The position numbers and the translations under genes were made by a program. A stretch of 63,631 bases of DNA, filler included, from Octopus bimaculoides (taxonomy: Eukaryota), in NCBI RefSeq assembly GCF_001194135.2. It is 4 parts of 4 records of this genome, joined end to end, with 100 filler letters (N's around TTAATTAATTAA, not from the genome) between each part and the next. Parts side by side here need not be neighbours in the genome. Positions count along the whole stretch, not along the records: positions 26,732 to 43,410 come from NC_068987.1; positions 43,511 to 61,720 come from NC_068983.1; 2 more parts are not named here. One strand, 5' to 3'. The notes beneath the pieces are model-generated. The model saw nothing but the letters and a program-made list of their open reading frames with translations. It ran no database searches and had not been told where the DNA came from. Shown here one piece after another: positions 37,116-50,820 of the stretch; the first letter of the stretch is position 1; each line of letters begins with the position of its first letter.

Positions 37116-37808
37116 CTTCGGATTATTGTTGAAGTATTAGTATAGGGTTGGCTGTGGTGGTGGAGGTGGCGGTGGTGATGGTGAGGGTGTAGTAGTAGTA
37201 GTAATAGTAGTAGTAGTAGTAGTTTGAAAGAAGAAGAGAAGGGTATGTAAAAGAACATTCTAATAGATAAGCAAAAATTATTTATATATATATCAACTAA
37301 AAAATTAAAAGGAACAAAAATTAAGGATAAAAAAAACGACTAATCGAGCTGAAAAAAAATAAAGACAAAATGGAGAAAGTGGGGGGGAGGATAAAGAAAT
37401 GGAGATAAGAAAGAAAGAGAGTGACGGAGAGAGAAAGATATCAAGAGAAGAGAGGATGGAGAAGATAAAAGAAAGAAAGAAAATAGAAGGCAAAGAAAAA
37501 ACAAAAACAAAGTCGAAGCCTTTGATTTCCTGACGCGTTTCTCGAACCCGGAAGTTAAAGTAAAAAACACAAAAACAACAGAAGGCGAACTGATAGCAGC
37601 GGGGAGGAGGAAGAGGAGGTAGTTGAAGGGAATTGGCCAATGGCGTGTTGTCTGGTTTCCGGATAAAGCTCACTCACACGCCAGCAAGTGAAGCGACGAT
37701 GTGTTTGTGTATGTCCGTGTTTGTGTGATAGCATGCGTGCGTATTTGTGTGTGAGTATGTACTTGTAATAATATATGTATATGTGTATGTCTTTTTATGA
37801 ATTGACTA

Positions 37809-37844
<36 letters not shown>

Positions 37845-38151
37845 TGTGTGAGTGTGTGTTTGCATGTATGTATATATGTAAGCATGAGAGATCGAATTAG
37901 CGTATGGATGGATATTTTATACTCAGATCATGTATTTGTGTTGAGTGTATGCGTATGGGTGTGTGTGTATGTACGTGTGTGCCTATGTGTGTATGTGTGC
38001 GTGCGTTGAATGTCTACGTTTAGGTTCATACTTCGTGTATGTATGCATGTATGTATGTATGCGTGTTAATCAGTGTGTGTATTAATCTGCTAGCTGTTTA
38101 AGCTGACGTGTGTATTTGAATATATATATATACATATACATATATACATAT

Positions 38152-38216
<65 letters not shown>

Positions 38217-38385
38217 NNNNNNNNNNNNNNNNNNNNNNNNNNNNNNNNNNNNNNNNNNNNNNNNNNNNNNNNNNNNNNNNNNNNNNNNNNNNNNNNNNNN
38301 NNNNNNNNNNNNNNNNNNNNNNNNNNNNNNNNNNNTATGTATATATGTATATAGGTTGAGCTATGTGGTTGTATTTGTTTAGCCG

Positions 38386-38425
<40 letters not shown>

Positions 38426-39271
38426 ATCTGGTATATTTACGAAAGAGGTTAATTTGATGTACACGTAACCTGGTGTACGAATGTGTGTATACACGTGCAT
38501 ATGTACCAATGTGCATGTGTCGTTGTTATAATCAGCAGATGCACATATATATATATATATACGTATAAAGGATGTTTGTGTTATCTACAGAAAGATTGAA
38601 TGTATCCGTGAATACAGGCGCCCACCCGATCTATTTGATACGGGTATGTGCATCTGCAATAAAATGGATTGACAACCACTCACATATACATGTATGTATG
38701 TGCACGCGCGTGTGTGTGTGTCTGAGGCATACATGCATATATGTATATGTATGCGTGGTTTGTCGATCTATCTGGGTGGCATATATAACAGTTTAGGTAT
38801 TTACTTGTGCGCGCGCGTTGGTGTATATGTGTGTCTGAGAGAGAGAGAGAGAGAGTGAGTGAGTGAGTGAGTGAGTGTGAGTGTGTGTGTATATAATTGT
38901 CATGATTGGTGGTTGTATGAATATGTATGGCACTATGTATGCGAATGCGTTGGCGTTGTTTTGTTATTTTTTTCGCTTTACGAATTTGGTTGTGTGTGTT
39001 TCGGTATGTTAAGCTCTTTGGCTGAACTGTGCGTATGGGTTTATATGGGCATACACGCATGCATATATATTCGCTGTATGTATGTATGTATGTATGTATG
39101 CATGCATGTGAGTGTGTTATTATATAAGCTCTTATAGAGTATGTATTTTGTCATATAATCACATAATCTAACGAATTAAATTGAAAATAAAATCAAGCTA
39201 TAATGTTTATATGTACTAAAATAGTTACATATAAATGTGACTATTTCAAGATGTGTGTGTGCATGTATACA

Positions 39272-39307
<36 letters not shown>

Positions 39308-39533
39308 TATAANNNNNNNNNNNNNNNNNNNNNNNNNNNNNNNNNNNNNNNNNNNNNNNNNNNNNNNNNNNNNNNNNNNNNNNNNNNNNNNNNNNNNNNN
39401 NNNNNNNNNNNNNNNNNNNNNNNNNNNNNNNNNNNNNNNNNNNNNNNNNNNNNNNNNNNNNNNNNNNNNNNNNNNNNNNNNNNNNNNNNNNNNNNNNNNN
39501 NNNNNNNNNNNNNNNNNNNNNNNNNNNNNNNNN

Positions 39534-39567
<34 letters not shown>

Positions 39568-39599
39568 GCAAGCATATACATACATACATATGCATAATA

Positions 39600-39958
39600 T
39601 TCTTTTATTCTTTTACTTGTTTCAGTCATTTTGGCTGTGGCCATGCTGGAGCACCGCCTTCTTTGTAATCGAAGAAATCGAACTCTAAACTTATTCTTTG
39701 TAAGCCTAGCACTTTTTCTATCGGTCCTTTTTGCCGAACCGCTAATGTTACGGGAACGTAAACACATCAGCATCGGTCGTCAAGCGATGGTGGAGCGACA
39801 AGCACATACACAAACACACAAATGTATACATATACATATACGACATGTTTCTTTCAGGTTCCGTCTACCAAATCCACTCACAAGGCTTTGGTCGGCCGAG
39901 GCTACTGTAGAAGACACTTGCCCAAGGTGCCACGCAGTGTGACTGAAACTGGAACCAT
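39600..39958 (-). mobile_element. SINE family C, near full length
   Basis: Consensus tail and body. Confidence 0.9.
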
Positions 39959-40189
39959 ATATGTATGTATATTTTCGAAACGTCTAGTTAGAATAGAGAC
40001 AGCTGATGAAGGAATACTCCAAGTGGCTTTCCGTTTTCCTATGTGTTCGTTCCGTTGTCTGTAGTTCATTGTTCTAACGTCCTGTACCCTGATATGCATA
40101 TATATACACATGTAGATGTAAGTATGTACATATATGTGTGTATACATGTATATATATTCTTTGTATTATTATATATATATATAATCCCC

Positions 40190-40475
40190 AGAACGGAGCA
40201 AGAACGTAGCAGACGACAATAAACATACGGACAGATGGACGGTACAAAGACGGACAGGAAAACCAGAACGGAACATTCGTGGCTTTCTAATCATCAGTAA
40301 AGCTTCCAATCATTATAATACGTACAAAAAAAAACAAAAAAAAAACAAAACAAAAAAACAAAACAGAGAAAATGTTACACGATTACAAATTACAAACAAC
40401 GCGAATAACAACAGGTGTCCTACGACTAAAAGCACAAGTTAAGTTAAGCTGGCGTGTAAAGTTGAAGCCTGACGG
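40190..40475 (+). mobile_element. Dispersed repeat family E
   Basis: cagaacggagcaagaacgtagcag...gctggcgtgtaaagttgaagcct. Confidence 0.7.
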
Positions 40476-40502
40476 GCAACAAACATATATGCATATATAT
40501 AT

Positions 40503-40685
40503 TTTTACTCTTTTACTCTTTTACTTGTTTCAGTCATTTGACTGCGACCATGCTGGAGCACCGCCTTTTAATCGAGCAAATCGACCCTAGGACTTATTCT
40601 TTGTAAACCTTGTACTTATTCTATCGGTCTCTTTTTGCCGAACCGCGAAGTGACGGGGACATTAAACACACCAGCATCGGTTGTC
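40503..40685 (-). mobile_element. SINE family C 3' half
   Basis: Consensus tail. Confidence 0.9.
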
Positions 40686-42520
40686 TCTCGACCTACCCTT
40701 CAGTCTGTCTATTTATCTCCCAATCTACATTTACATCTACTTCGATTTCCATAAACCTTTCATATACCCTTAAGCACTAACAGCCAGGAACCTTTTAGAC
40801 TTTTACTACCATAGATCTATTGCAGAACACTAAACCTCCTCATACCTCCTTGTAATCTACTACTTTTTGCTTTCCATTGTATTTCATCTTGTTTTGTTTT
40901 AGTCTATTTTTATTTATTTTCTTTCATCTTCCTCTACCTTCCTAACCTCGATTTCTAACGACGTTACCCCGGAATTATGTCACCTTACTATAATTCTCAG
41001 GAATCTAATTATATGATTGGCTATATCTAGTTATATAATTGCTATAACAACTCATTTATGTAAGTTGATTTCGAATATTGTTTTTTTTATCTTAATTCTA
41101 GTTATTGGAACACACTTTCTAAAGTATCTTACAAAGAAATCCATCATATTTGCATTCTACATAAATATGTAGACAATCGCCATTCTCATAATGGTTTTAA
41201 CACCCGGATGTTTAAAGGACCAATGAGAGGGACGGTCGATCGATATATCTGTCTAGAACTTTGAAGAGAAGCTCGAAGATCCGTAAAGGAAACATGTAAA
41301 TTTATGATACAAGGAACTCGTGTACACCATCTGCATCATCACTTCTCACGCGGGGTGGGAGTAGGTGGGAGTAAGTGTGGTAAAGTAACTTCCTTCTGTT
41401 TATACGGCTACCTTTTGTTAATAATCCTGACTACCTGAAACACATTCGTATCCGGAGGTGAGTCTTTTGCCGTTATAAAGATTACAACGAAAATGTTTTT
41501 GATGTGAAGCGTTTATCAGAGTGCCTGATAAAAATGAAAAAAAAAAGAAGAGAAAAGAATGAAAAAAGAAAGAAAGAAAGAAAGAAAAGAAGGGAAAAAG
41601 AAAAGCATCAAAGTACAGTTAAAACACACATATTAATACGAGAATACATATCAATCAAGGTGTAAGCCAGAGATTTTAATCTAGATATCTGAAACTTTGC
41701 AAAGGTTACATTTTCTCAAGGTGAAGGTCACAGACTAATGGCAGCTCGTAGATAAAATTAGTTGGGGTGCTACTTAAGAAAATTTTTAGCCGTTGTTTTA
41801 ATATTGTGTAACAGTAAACAAACATGTAAAAAGAAAATTTATACATAAACTTTGATCGGTTTGCGTTTTAGCCACTGCCGAGTAGTGTGTTTAATTTGTT
41901 CACTGAACATCGCCGTGAATTCCCCCTTGTTTTTCAAAAATCCCCCCTAAATCACAAAATAAGGAGGGGAATCTTCCCTGTTTTTCAAATCCTGGCAGCA
42001 ACACTGTAGCTGGAAGCAGAATAATAATCTAATTCTATACTTTATCACATTCAAGAATATAATCACGTTTTTTAAGCACAACACATGCGGAATCAAAAAG
42101 AAACACTACCTTTCACCAGCACACCAGAGTCGGCACTGCGTGAACGATAGTACTCTCTCTCCCTAGCGTGCAGCTTCCTATCTCGGACATGTGAGCATGC
42201 GCACAACAACCAAACACCGCATTGCTGGAACTGTGAAGCGCACAGTTCTATACAAGGATTTTTGTATTTTTTCTTAAACTAGGGGATGGCCACTGCTTAA
42301 GGATTATATAATGTACGAGTATAAAGAAAGAATTAAAGAAAAAAAGATTCATTATATTGAATGTTATCAATAACATCGAGTGGAAATAGGGGGTGCTACA
42401 GTTCCGCAGTGCCTATACACGAGCCGCCCCTGTTACAGACTATATGTGTTTCCGTCGAATTTGCTCTTTTTAGCTTCTGGTAAGAAAAAGAGAAAAACCA
42501 TAGTTGTTGCAAGATTAAAG

Positions 42521-42610
42521 TAGAAGACACTTGTTCAGGGTGTCACGCGGTAAGACCGAACCCGGAACCAGGTAATTGTGAAGCAAGCTTTTTACCACAC
42601 AATCACGCCA
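42521..42610 (-). mobile_element. SINE family C head fragment
   Basis: gtagaagacacttg...gaacccggaacca...taccacac. Confidence 0.75.
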
Positions 42611-42891
42611 GCGTTTATATGTGTTAACTTCTTCTTTACTTTTATGTTTTTGCGCATTTTAAGAAGCTCTGCTTGAAATATCTGAAATGTTTCTAACTAA
42701 TAAATCTGAGCAAATCAACGTTCCCAGACTAACTGAAGATAATGAAACATTTTTAAATACTTTCTCCAAAATTTGACCGGATGTGACTGCTAGTCTTAGA
42801 ACATATATTATGAGTAGTACAACAACATTACAATATAATGGTATAGCTTGCTTTTTCTAAATTTTCAAGTGTCTCTTTGTGTAAGTCTGAT

Positions 42892-42943
<52 letters not shown>

Positions 42944-43097
42944 TTACATATGCATGTTTTAAGCCTTTAAAAACAAAAACACTAATATATACATTTACAT
43001 ATATTCTACATACATGCATATATACATACATTACATACATACATACATACATACAAGGCTATCTATCTATCTATCTATCTAGATAGATAGATAGATG

Positions 43098-43206
<109 letters not shown>

Positions 43207-43410
43207 CCTTGTGACCACACATACATACCTACAGGACTTTTTTCATTCTCTCTGGACTTTTTCTCTCTCCTCTTTCTGACGAAAAGCCACGCTCGAAACG
43301 TTACACACCCACTGTTTTTCCCCATCTTATACTGAACATCAACCTAATATATTCCTTAAGTCCTTTTGGCTTTTGTTGTTTTGTTATTTTGTAATTTTCA
43401 ACTTGCCTAT

Positions 43411-43510
43411 NNNNNNNNNNNNNNNNNNNNNNNNNNNNNNNNNNNNNNNNNNNNTTAATTAATTAANNNNNNNNNNNNNNNNNNNNNNNNNNNNNNNNNN
43501 NNNNNNNNNN
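43411..43510. other. Artificial scaffold-join spacer N44-TTAATTAATTAA-N44
   Basis: Identical to 26632-26731. Confidence 0.95.
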
Positions 43511-43544
<34 letters not shown>

Positions 43545-43683
43545 GCATGTATGTATGTACGTATGTATGTATGTATGTATGTAAGTCTGTATATGGTGTG
43601 TGTATCATATGTCCCAAAAAGAATCATAATTTAAAGTGTAGAGCAGTTATGTATCCTTTTCGGTTTAGTCTTTGTCCGATCTC

Positions 43684-43746
43684 AGAGTGACCAATAGTTT
43701 CGCATCCACAAAGGGATTAGCCCCGGGGTCAGCTCATCAGACTCTA
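43684..43746 (-). ncRNA. Type I hammerhead ribozyme-like motif
   Basis: Minus strand: tagagt-CTGATGA-gc...atccctttgtggat gc-GAAAC-tattg-GTC-actctg. Stem I agagt/actct; core fully canonical. Confidence 0.65.
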
Positions 43747-44177
43747 AAGCCAGACTCCTCAGACTCTAAACGTCATTAGAGTTTGACGGGACGTCCACAG
43801 CGCTAAGCCCTTTGTGAGCGCCAAACCATTGGTCACTCTATGACCGTACACTGACTTTACTTCACATATATAGGTAGATAGATTGATAGATAGATAGATA
43901 GATAGATTGATAGATAGATAGATACATACATACATACATACATACATACATACATAGACACATACATGCGTGCGTACGTTCATGTGTGTGTGTGTGTGTG
44001 TGTGTGTATGTCTGTGTGTATTAATTTACTCGTTTATACATAAACACCCATAAATTTATAGTTCTAACTATCGAAAATGTATATTTCATCGATATATATG
44101 TATGTGTGTGACGTGTGCGTGTGTGTGTGTGCATGTGCATGGTTGTGTTTGTGTATATATATATATCTATCTATCTA

Positions 44178-44222
<45 letters not shown>

Positions 44223-45041
44223 NNNNNNNNNNNNNNNNNNNNNNNNNNNNNNNNNNNNNNNNNNNNNNNNNNNNNNNNNNNNNNNNNNNNNNNNNNNNNN
44301 NNNNNNNNNNNNNNNNNNNNNNNNNNNNNNNNNNNNNNNNNNNNNNNNNNNNNNNNNNNNNNNNNNNNNNNNNNNNNNNNNNNNNNNNNNNNNNNNNNNN
44401 NNNNNNNNNNNNNNNNNNNNNNNNNNNNNNNNNNNNNNNNNNNNNNNNNNNNNNNNNNNNNNNNNNNNNNNNNNNNNNNNNNNNNNNNNNNNNNNNNNNN
44501 NNNNNNNNNNNNNNNNNNNNNNNNNNNNNNNNNNNNNNNNNNNNNNNNNNNNNNNNNNNNNNNNNNNNNNNNNNNNNNNNNNNNNNNNNNNNNNNNNNNN
44601 NNNNNNNNNNNNNNNNNNNNNNNNNNNNNNNNNNNNNNNNNNNNNNNNNNNNNNNNNNNNNNNNNNNNNNNNNNNNNNNNNNNNNNNNNNNNNNNNNNNN
44701 NNNNNNNNNNNNNNNNNNNNNNNNNNNNNNNNNNNNNNNNNNNNNNNNNNNNNNNNNNNNNNNNNNNNNNNNNNNNNNNNNNNNNNNNNNNNNNNNNNNN
44801 NNNNNNNNNNNNNNNNNNNNNNNNNNNNNNNNNNNNNNNNNNNNNNNNNNNNNNNNNNNNNNNNNNNNNNNNNNNNNNNNNNNNNNNNNNNNNNNNNNNN
44901 NNNNNNNNNNNNNNNNNNNNNNNNNNNNNNNNNNNNNNNNNNNNNNNNNNNNNNNNNNNNNNNNNNNNNNNNNNNNNNNNNNNNNNNNNNNNNNNNNNNN
45001 NNNNNNNNNNNNNNNNNNNNNNNNNNNNNNNNNNNNNNNNN

Positions 45042-45075
<34 letters not shown>

Positions 45076-47344
45076 TATAATATAAACAATATATAAATAT
45101 ATATGCATGCATGCACATATATATGTACATACATATATTTGTATATACATAAATATGTTGGTAGAGGAAACCACGGAAGGTAAACAACATAAAATTGACA
45201 TAAAATACGAAAATATGGAATACAAAGTTTTCTTACGAACAACGAAAGAAACAAACGGAAAACATGACAAGCAACACGAAGAAACACCCCTTCATTAGTT
45301 GTTGGCTGTTTCTCTACTTCATATTTCGAGCATTTCACAACAAGATACGTTTTTGATGTAACAGTTGTTCCTGCAAAGCAAATTAAATAAAATTTTGGAT
45401 TTTGCGGAGGGTCAAAGTTGGTAACAAAAACAAGACTGTGAAAACAGATATATACACACACACACATATATACATGTGTTAGGATGTTGTAGTTCAAATA
45501 AGTACACAATGTCAAAGCGTATCTTTGTTCTGATTTTGCTGAAATGCCTCTCTAATCTTGAAAAACCGCAAATATTACGCAAATTTTCATTTGGAATTTT
45601 TGCGTAAATTGGCGTTAAAACCCTAATTCATATAGAAACAATTGTAGCCGCTCATTTAAGATGTGCTAATTTCTTTTTGTATTTTCTTATTTGGATTATA
45701 TTTTACTCCTCCCTAAAGCCTCACATTTGTTCTATCGATATGCCACCCGAAGAATTTCGATCTTTCTTAATTCCAGGGTGTAGATAGCCTTAAGGTCGAG
45801 TTGAGTGCTGCACGCGAAATATTACCTCTTTCTACCCTTCATCTTGAATATTGATATATATATATTTCACTTGATTCTACGCCTACATAAAATTATATAT
45901 GTGGCCTAGCATAGGATGTCCACTTAGTGATCATCCCTTCTCATACACCTGTAATACAATGTTTTCTGAATTTTCAGATTTTTTATATACTAGGCCACTT
46001 GGTTTTAAATTGAATTAATATTCAATTTATCACCCTCTATATATAAATAATAATTTAAATAATTATGTTCTCCATCCGGCAACATATACTGCAGTGAATT
46101 ATTCTCTGCAGAACTGTTTCCGGAATTTGGCGCGCCAGAGCTAGACATTTTGAGAAATAATCCCAATGGAATCGGTAGAACTGTACGCAAGTCTTATCTT
46201 ATGAAGACAATTCGTGTATAGTTCTGCAAATTATATTGATTCTAGAATGATTGTGCTGACGAGAGCACGGATGTTGTTACGTAAGTAATACGTTAATGTT
46301 CGAAACCTAGTACACAATTCTTTTATTCTGTATATTTTTCATTTTGTTTTGCCCGCTATGCTCTGGTGTCTTGCGAAATTTTTTTCTGGAGAATATTATT
46401 TTTCTTTGTTGTTGGGTCGTTGATGACCTCTTTCTAGCATATAGGATTTCCACTTAGTGGTCATCCCTTCTCATACACCTGTAAAATTGTATATATAGAG
46501 CTTGCCTTCATCAGCAGACAACAGGGGACATCTATTTGAAATTTATCAATTTTATCACAATAATTACCGTGAACTGTCAATGTGCCATTGCATTCTTATT
46601 GCGTTGCTTTGTTTGTAGAACCTTGATATAGAAGGTCCTGGTCATCTTAATTCAACATTAATATATACATATGTGTTACGTTAAAGAAAACAAAAATCAG
46701 CTAGAGGTTTTTGATTAAAAACATATTTATTTTTGCAATAAGCAAAAGAACGTTGTCGTTGCTACAAACGGACAAACACTGAGATAGTTCGAAGCTTATT
46801 GTTCTTGGACTGGGTATAGTAGCAGTTGCTGTTTCTTAATATTTCTAAGTTTGGTAATTGTGGTGTGTGTGTGTGCGTGTCTGTATGTGTTAACGTCAAA
46901 GTAACATACTTTGACAAATAAAACTGACAGAATACGATGGAAGCGCAAATATTAAGTACGAGGATACATGTTTACACCTATCCAATAGGTTTCCGTCAAA
47001 AATATTGTATTTAAACGAGTTTTCGAAAACTTGCGTCTTTAGTCCTGTTGGTGAAATAAACGTACATGCGTATAGTTTTCTATGCGTTTTTCTTGCGGAC
47101 ACATCATTATGTCCAGAGTAGGATTTTAAAAAAAGTACATTTTAACTTAGTTTCAGCTCTGAATGATTTCCAGATCAAGACAATACCAATGAACTCATTG
47201 GACATTGACAAAGCTTGGGTGATTACCTTCAGCACGTTATACATCTTAGAACTTACGTTATATCGGAATACTTATATGGATGACTAAATGTACGTATGAG
47301 TGCATCTATGTATGTATGTGTAATCACATACGCATATATGTACC

Positions 47345-47388
<44 letters not shown>

Positions 47389-48316
47389 ATACATNNNNNN
47401 NNNNNNNNNNNNNNNNNNNNNNNNNNNNNNNNNNNNNNNNNNNNNNNNNNNNNNNNNNNNNNNNNNNNNNNNNNNNNNNNNNNNNNNNNNNNNNTATATA
47501 TATATATATATATATATTATATCAACCACAAACGCGTCATTTTAGCACAACGACTGCAGCGACTCGAGACTAGACAGAAATCGTTGGTGATGATAAAGAA
47601 GGTGGCAGAAACAGTAACAACAAAAGTGAGTGTTAGTAGGAGCAGGAGTAATAGTAAACGAGAGAGGGGGAAAGAGAGGAGAGATGAAAGGATAACATTA
47701 AAGGAAGAGAAAGGTAAAAGAAGCATTGAAAGGCTAAGGATGAAGAGAGAGAATCGACACGGAGGTTGGTGGTATACAGATGAGAAAGAGAAAGAGGGAG
47801 TCGGAGGAAGAAAGAGTTTGAGGAAGGGGAGGAATTGTGGGGAGAAGAAAGAGTTGTGACTGTTAATAATGTAAGAGAAGGGGAAAGAGAAGGTGTGGAA
47901 GATGAGAGAGAGGGGCGGAGGTGGTTGATAGAGGGAAAAAGAAACAGCCCGAATATGAAAGGTCGTCCTCGTCTGTTGTTATTTTTTGTATATTCTCCCA
48001 TATATATATATATATATAGATATATATATATATATAGAAGGTGTATAGATGTGAAGGCGGGGAGAGAGTTCATGGCGTTGAGGATTCAATGTGATGGTGT
48101 TGGTAGCAGCAAAGATGTCGGCAAGGCAGACGACAAGCCCAGCAGTATTATTAATGGTGATGGTGGTGGTAGTGATGATGGTGCTGATGGTAGTTACAGC
48201 AGGCGGGATGGATGGATAGATGGAGTCCCAGCAGAGACAGAGAGCAAGGAATCTGTGTGACACAGAGAAGCAGAAATAAAAAAATATAGAGCACATAACA
48301 TAGATACATAGATACA

Positions 48317-48353
<37 letters not shown>

Positions 48354-48484
48354 GTCGCTTCGGTAAACGTAATGGTTTTATATGTAGACGGATATGATGA
48401 AATGGAGAGACGAACACGTTACTCTGTGTCACGAGCTGGGTATTATAAGGAAGGTATATATTTATATGCCGAAACTTGTGTGCG

Positions 48485-48567
<83 letters not shown>

Positions 48568-49188
48568 NNNNNNNNNNNNNNNNNNNNNNNNNNNNNNNNN
48601 NNNNNNNNNNNNNNNNNNNNNNNNNNNNNNNNNNNNNNNNNNNNNNNNNNNNNNNNNNNNNNNNNNNNNNNNNNNNNNNNNNNNNNNNNNNNNNNNNNNN
48701 NNNNNNNNNNNNNNNNNNNNNNNNNNNNNNNNNNNNNNNNNNNNNNNNNNNNNNNNNNNNNNNNNNNNNNNNNNNNNNNNNNNNNNNNNNNNNNNNNNNN
48801 NNNNNNNNNNNNNNNNNNNNNNNNNNNNNNNNNNNNNNNNNNNNNNNNNNNNNNNNNNNNNNNNNNNNNNNNNNNNNNNNNNNNNNNNNNNNNNNNNNNN
48901 NNNNNNNNNNNNNNNNNNNNNNNNNNNNNNNNNNNNNNNNNNNNNNNNNNNNNNNNNNNNNNNNNNNNNNNNNNNNNNNNNNNNNNNNNNNNNNNNNNNN
49001 NNNNNNNNNNNNNNNNNNNNNNNNNNNNNNNNNNNNNNNNNNNNNNNNNNNNNNNNNNNNNNNNNNNNNNNNNNNNNNNNNNNNNNNNNNNNNNNNNNNN
49101 NNNNNNNNNNNNNNNNNNNNNNNNNNNNNNNNNNNNNNNNNNNNNNNNNNNNNNNNNNNNNNNATTTATATGCCGAAACTTGTGTGCG

Positions 49189-49281
<93 letters not shown>

Positions 49282-50146
49282 ATATATATACTCTCATATA
49301 TATACATACATATATATTTATACGCGCACACATATGTACAGTGCGAGCTGCATATGGCCAAAGGCACTCCAGTAGTGACCATCTTATCGTTTTCATATAT
49401 GAATTCATGAGTTGCGGTTATTCAACGCGCTTTTCTAAAACGGCAGTGTGTGATTTAAAGTAATATTTTGCTCCCAGGAACTGGTTAATTAAAGTCACTA
49501 ATTAGAGCCGATAATACTGATGCTTTTGTTCTTATTCAGCCCCAAGTCAACCACGTTTAATGAGAGGTCCTTCTTTGCATGGCCATCACGTCATTTTTTA
49601 AGTCGTAAAGGTGTGATTTGAGAGGTATTTGGCTGTTATTTCTAGCAGATATAACGGCTATATATAGAAACTGCATCCTAAAGAAATCAACACAAAATAA
49701 CGGTACGGATTTGTTGCAATATTTGAAACCAAAAATAAAAATCGTTATTACAGGGTAAGCCTTAAGTTTTAGCCGTTAAACCTGAAATAACGTCAGCAGA
49801 GACGCTTACAACAAACATTATGTTTAAATATTTATTCGTTGACTAAATTAAAGTTTTTGGATAATCCTAAGTTTTCATTTGGTACCTTTCATAGATAAAA
49901 TGTTAAAAAAAAGGACACAAGTTCTCAAATGATGTTACTCGAATGATGCAAGAAAATTAAAGATTTATGTAAAAATATTTCATTAAATACATTAATTTTT
50001 CTAAAGGGCGCAGGTATAGTAATGGGGGTTTGTATTTATTTTTATCGACCTCGAGGAAATGAAAAAGAAATTGACGACGAAATAAACGAAATAAAATCTA
50101 ACTAAGAATTAATCCGATGATGCCACTGTTTCGTCATATCTACGTA

Positions 50147-50820
50147 TTAAGGCCCCAGACTTTGTTTCCTTATAACGATTTGCTAAATGCATATTTTAAA
50201 ATGAAACTTTGCAGTGATATGTTTTAGTGGCTAACATTTAAACAAATACAGACGCTTTGATCACTGTTTCTCCACTCCCAAATATTTTTCGTTATAACTG
50301 TCATTTACCCTTTATCCGTCCTCTGCATCACAAATAATACACAGGGCATCTTTCTTTGGTGTTCATTCATGTACCATAGTAACTTGGGACTTATGAAAGG
50401 AAAGCTTTATTATTACTCAGAATGTATAAAACAGAGGCTAATTGAACATTTGAAAACAAGCCTGGTCGTTTAGGACAAACATGAAAATGCTTTAGAAGAG
50501 CAAAAGGTTTAAAATACGTATTTTACAATGAGATTTTGCAGAGGTATATTTCCAAGATGACAGAATATCAATGTTTCATCGATAGAAGTATGAAAAACAA
50601 AAGACACAACAATAGAAAGTGCTTAATTTACAGAAACTGACGATGAGGTGGGTAGAAAAAAATTCCAAAAATACACCCCATCAAAATAAATTTTTCTTTT
50701 AAATTTTAATAACGCAAAATATCATCTGCAACCTTTAAAACCTATCTGCAAAATTTCATTTAAAAATATGCATTTTTCAGAAACTTATGGGGAAAAAAAA
50801 ATCAAGTTACTGAGGCACCA
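50147..50820. mobile_element. Decayed non-autonomous DNA element with about 50-bp subterminal inverted repeats
   Basis: aaatgcatattttaaaatgaaactttgcag (50186-50214) vs reverse complement aaatgcatatttttaaatgaaattttgcag (50746-50775). Confidence 0.55.

Noticed and set aside
42388-42432. gagccgcccctg end resembling a hAT-type TIR (also 600-660)
   Set aside because: No partner TIR or TSD found nearby.
44077-45515. Long ORFs containing X runs (also at 2615, 18542, 48372, 53300, 54391)
   Set aside because: Open only because N gaps and (TA)/(CA) repeats lack stops.
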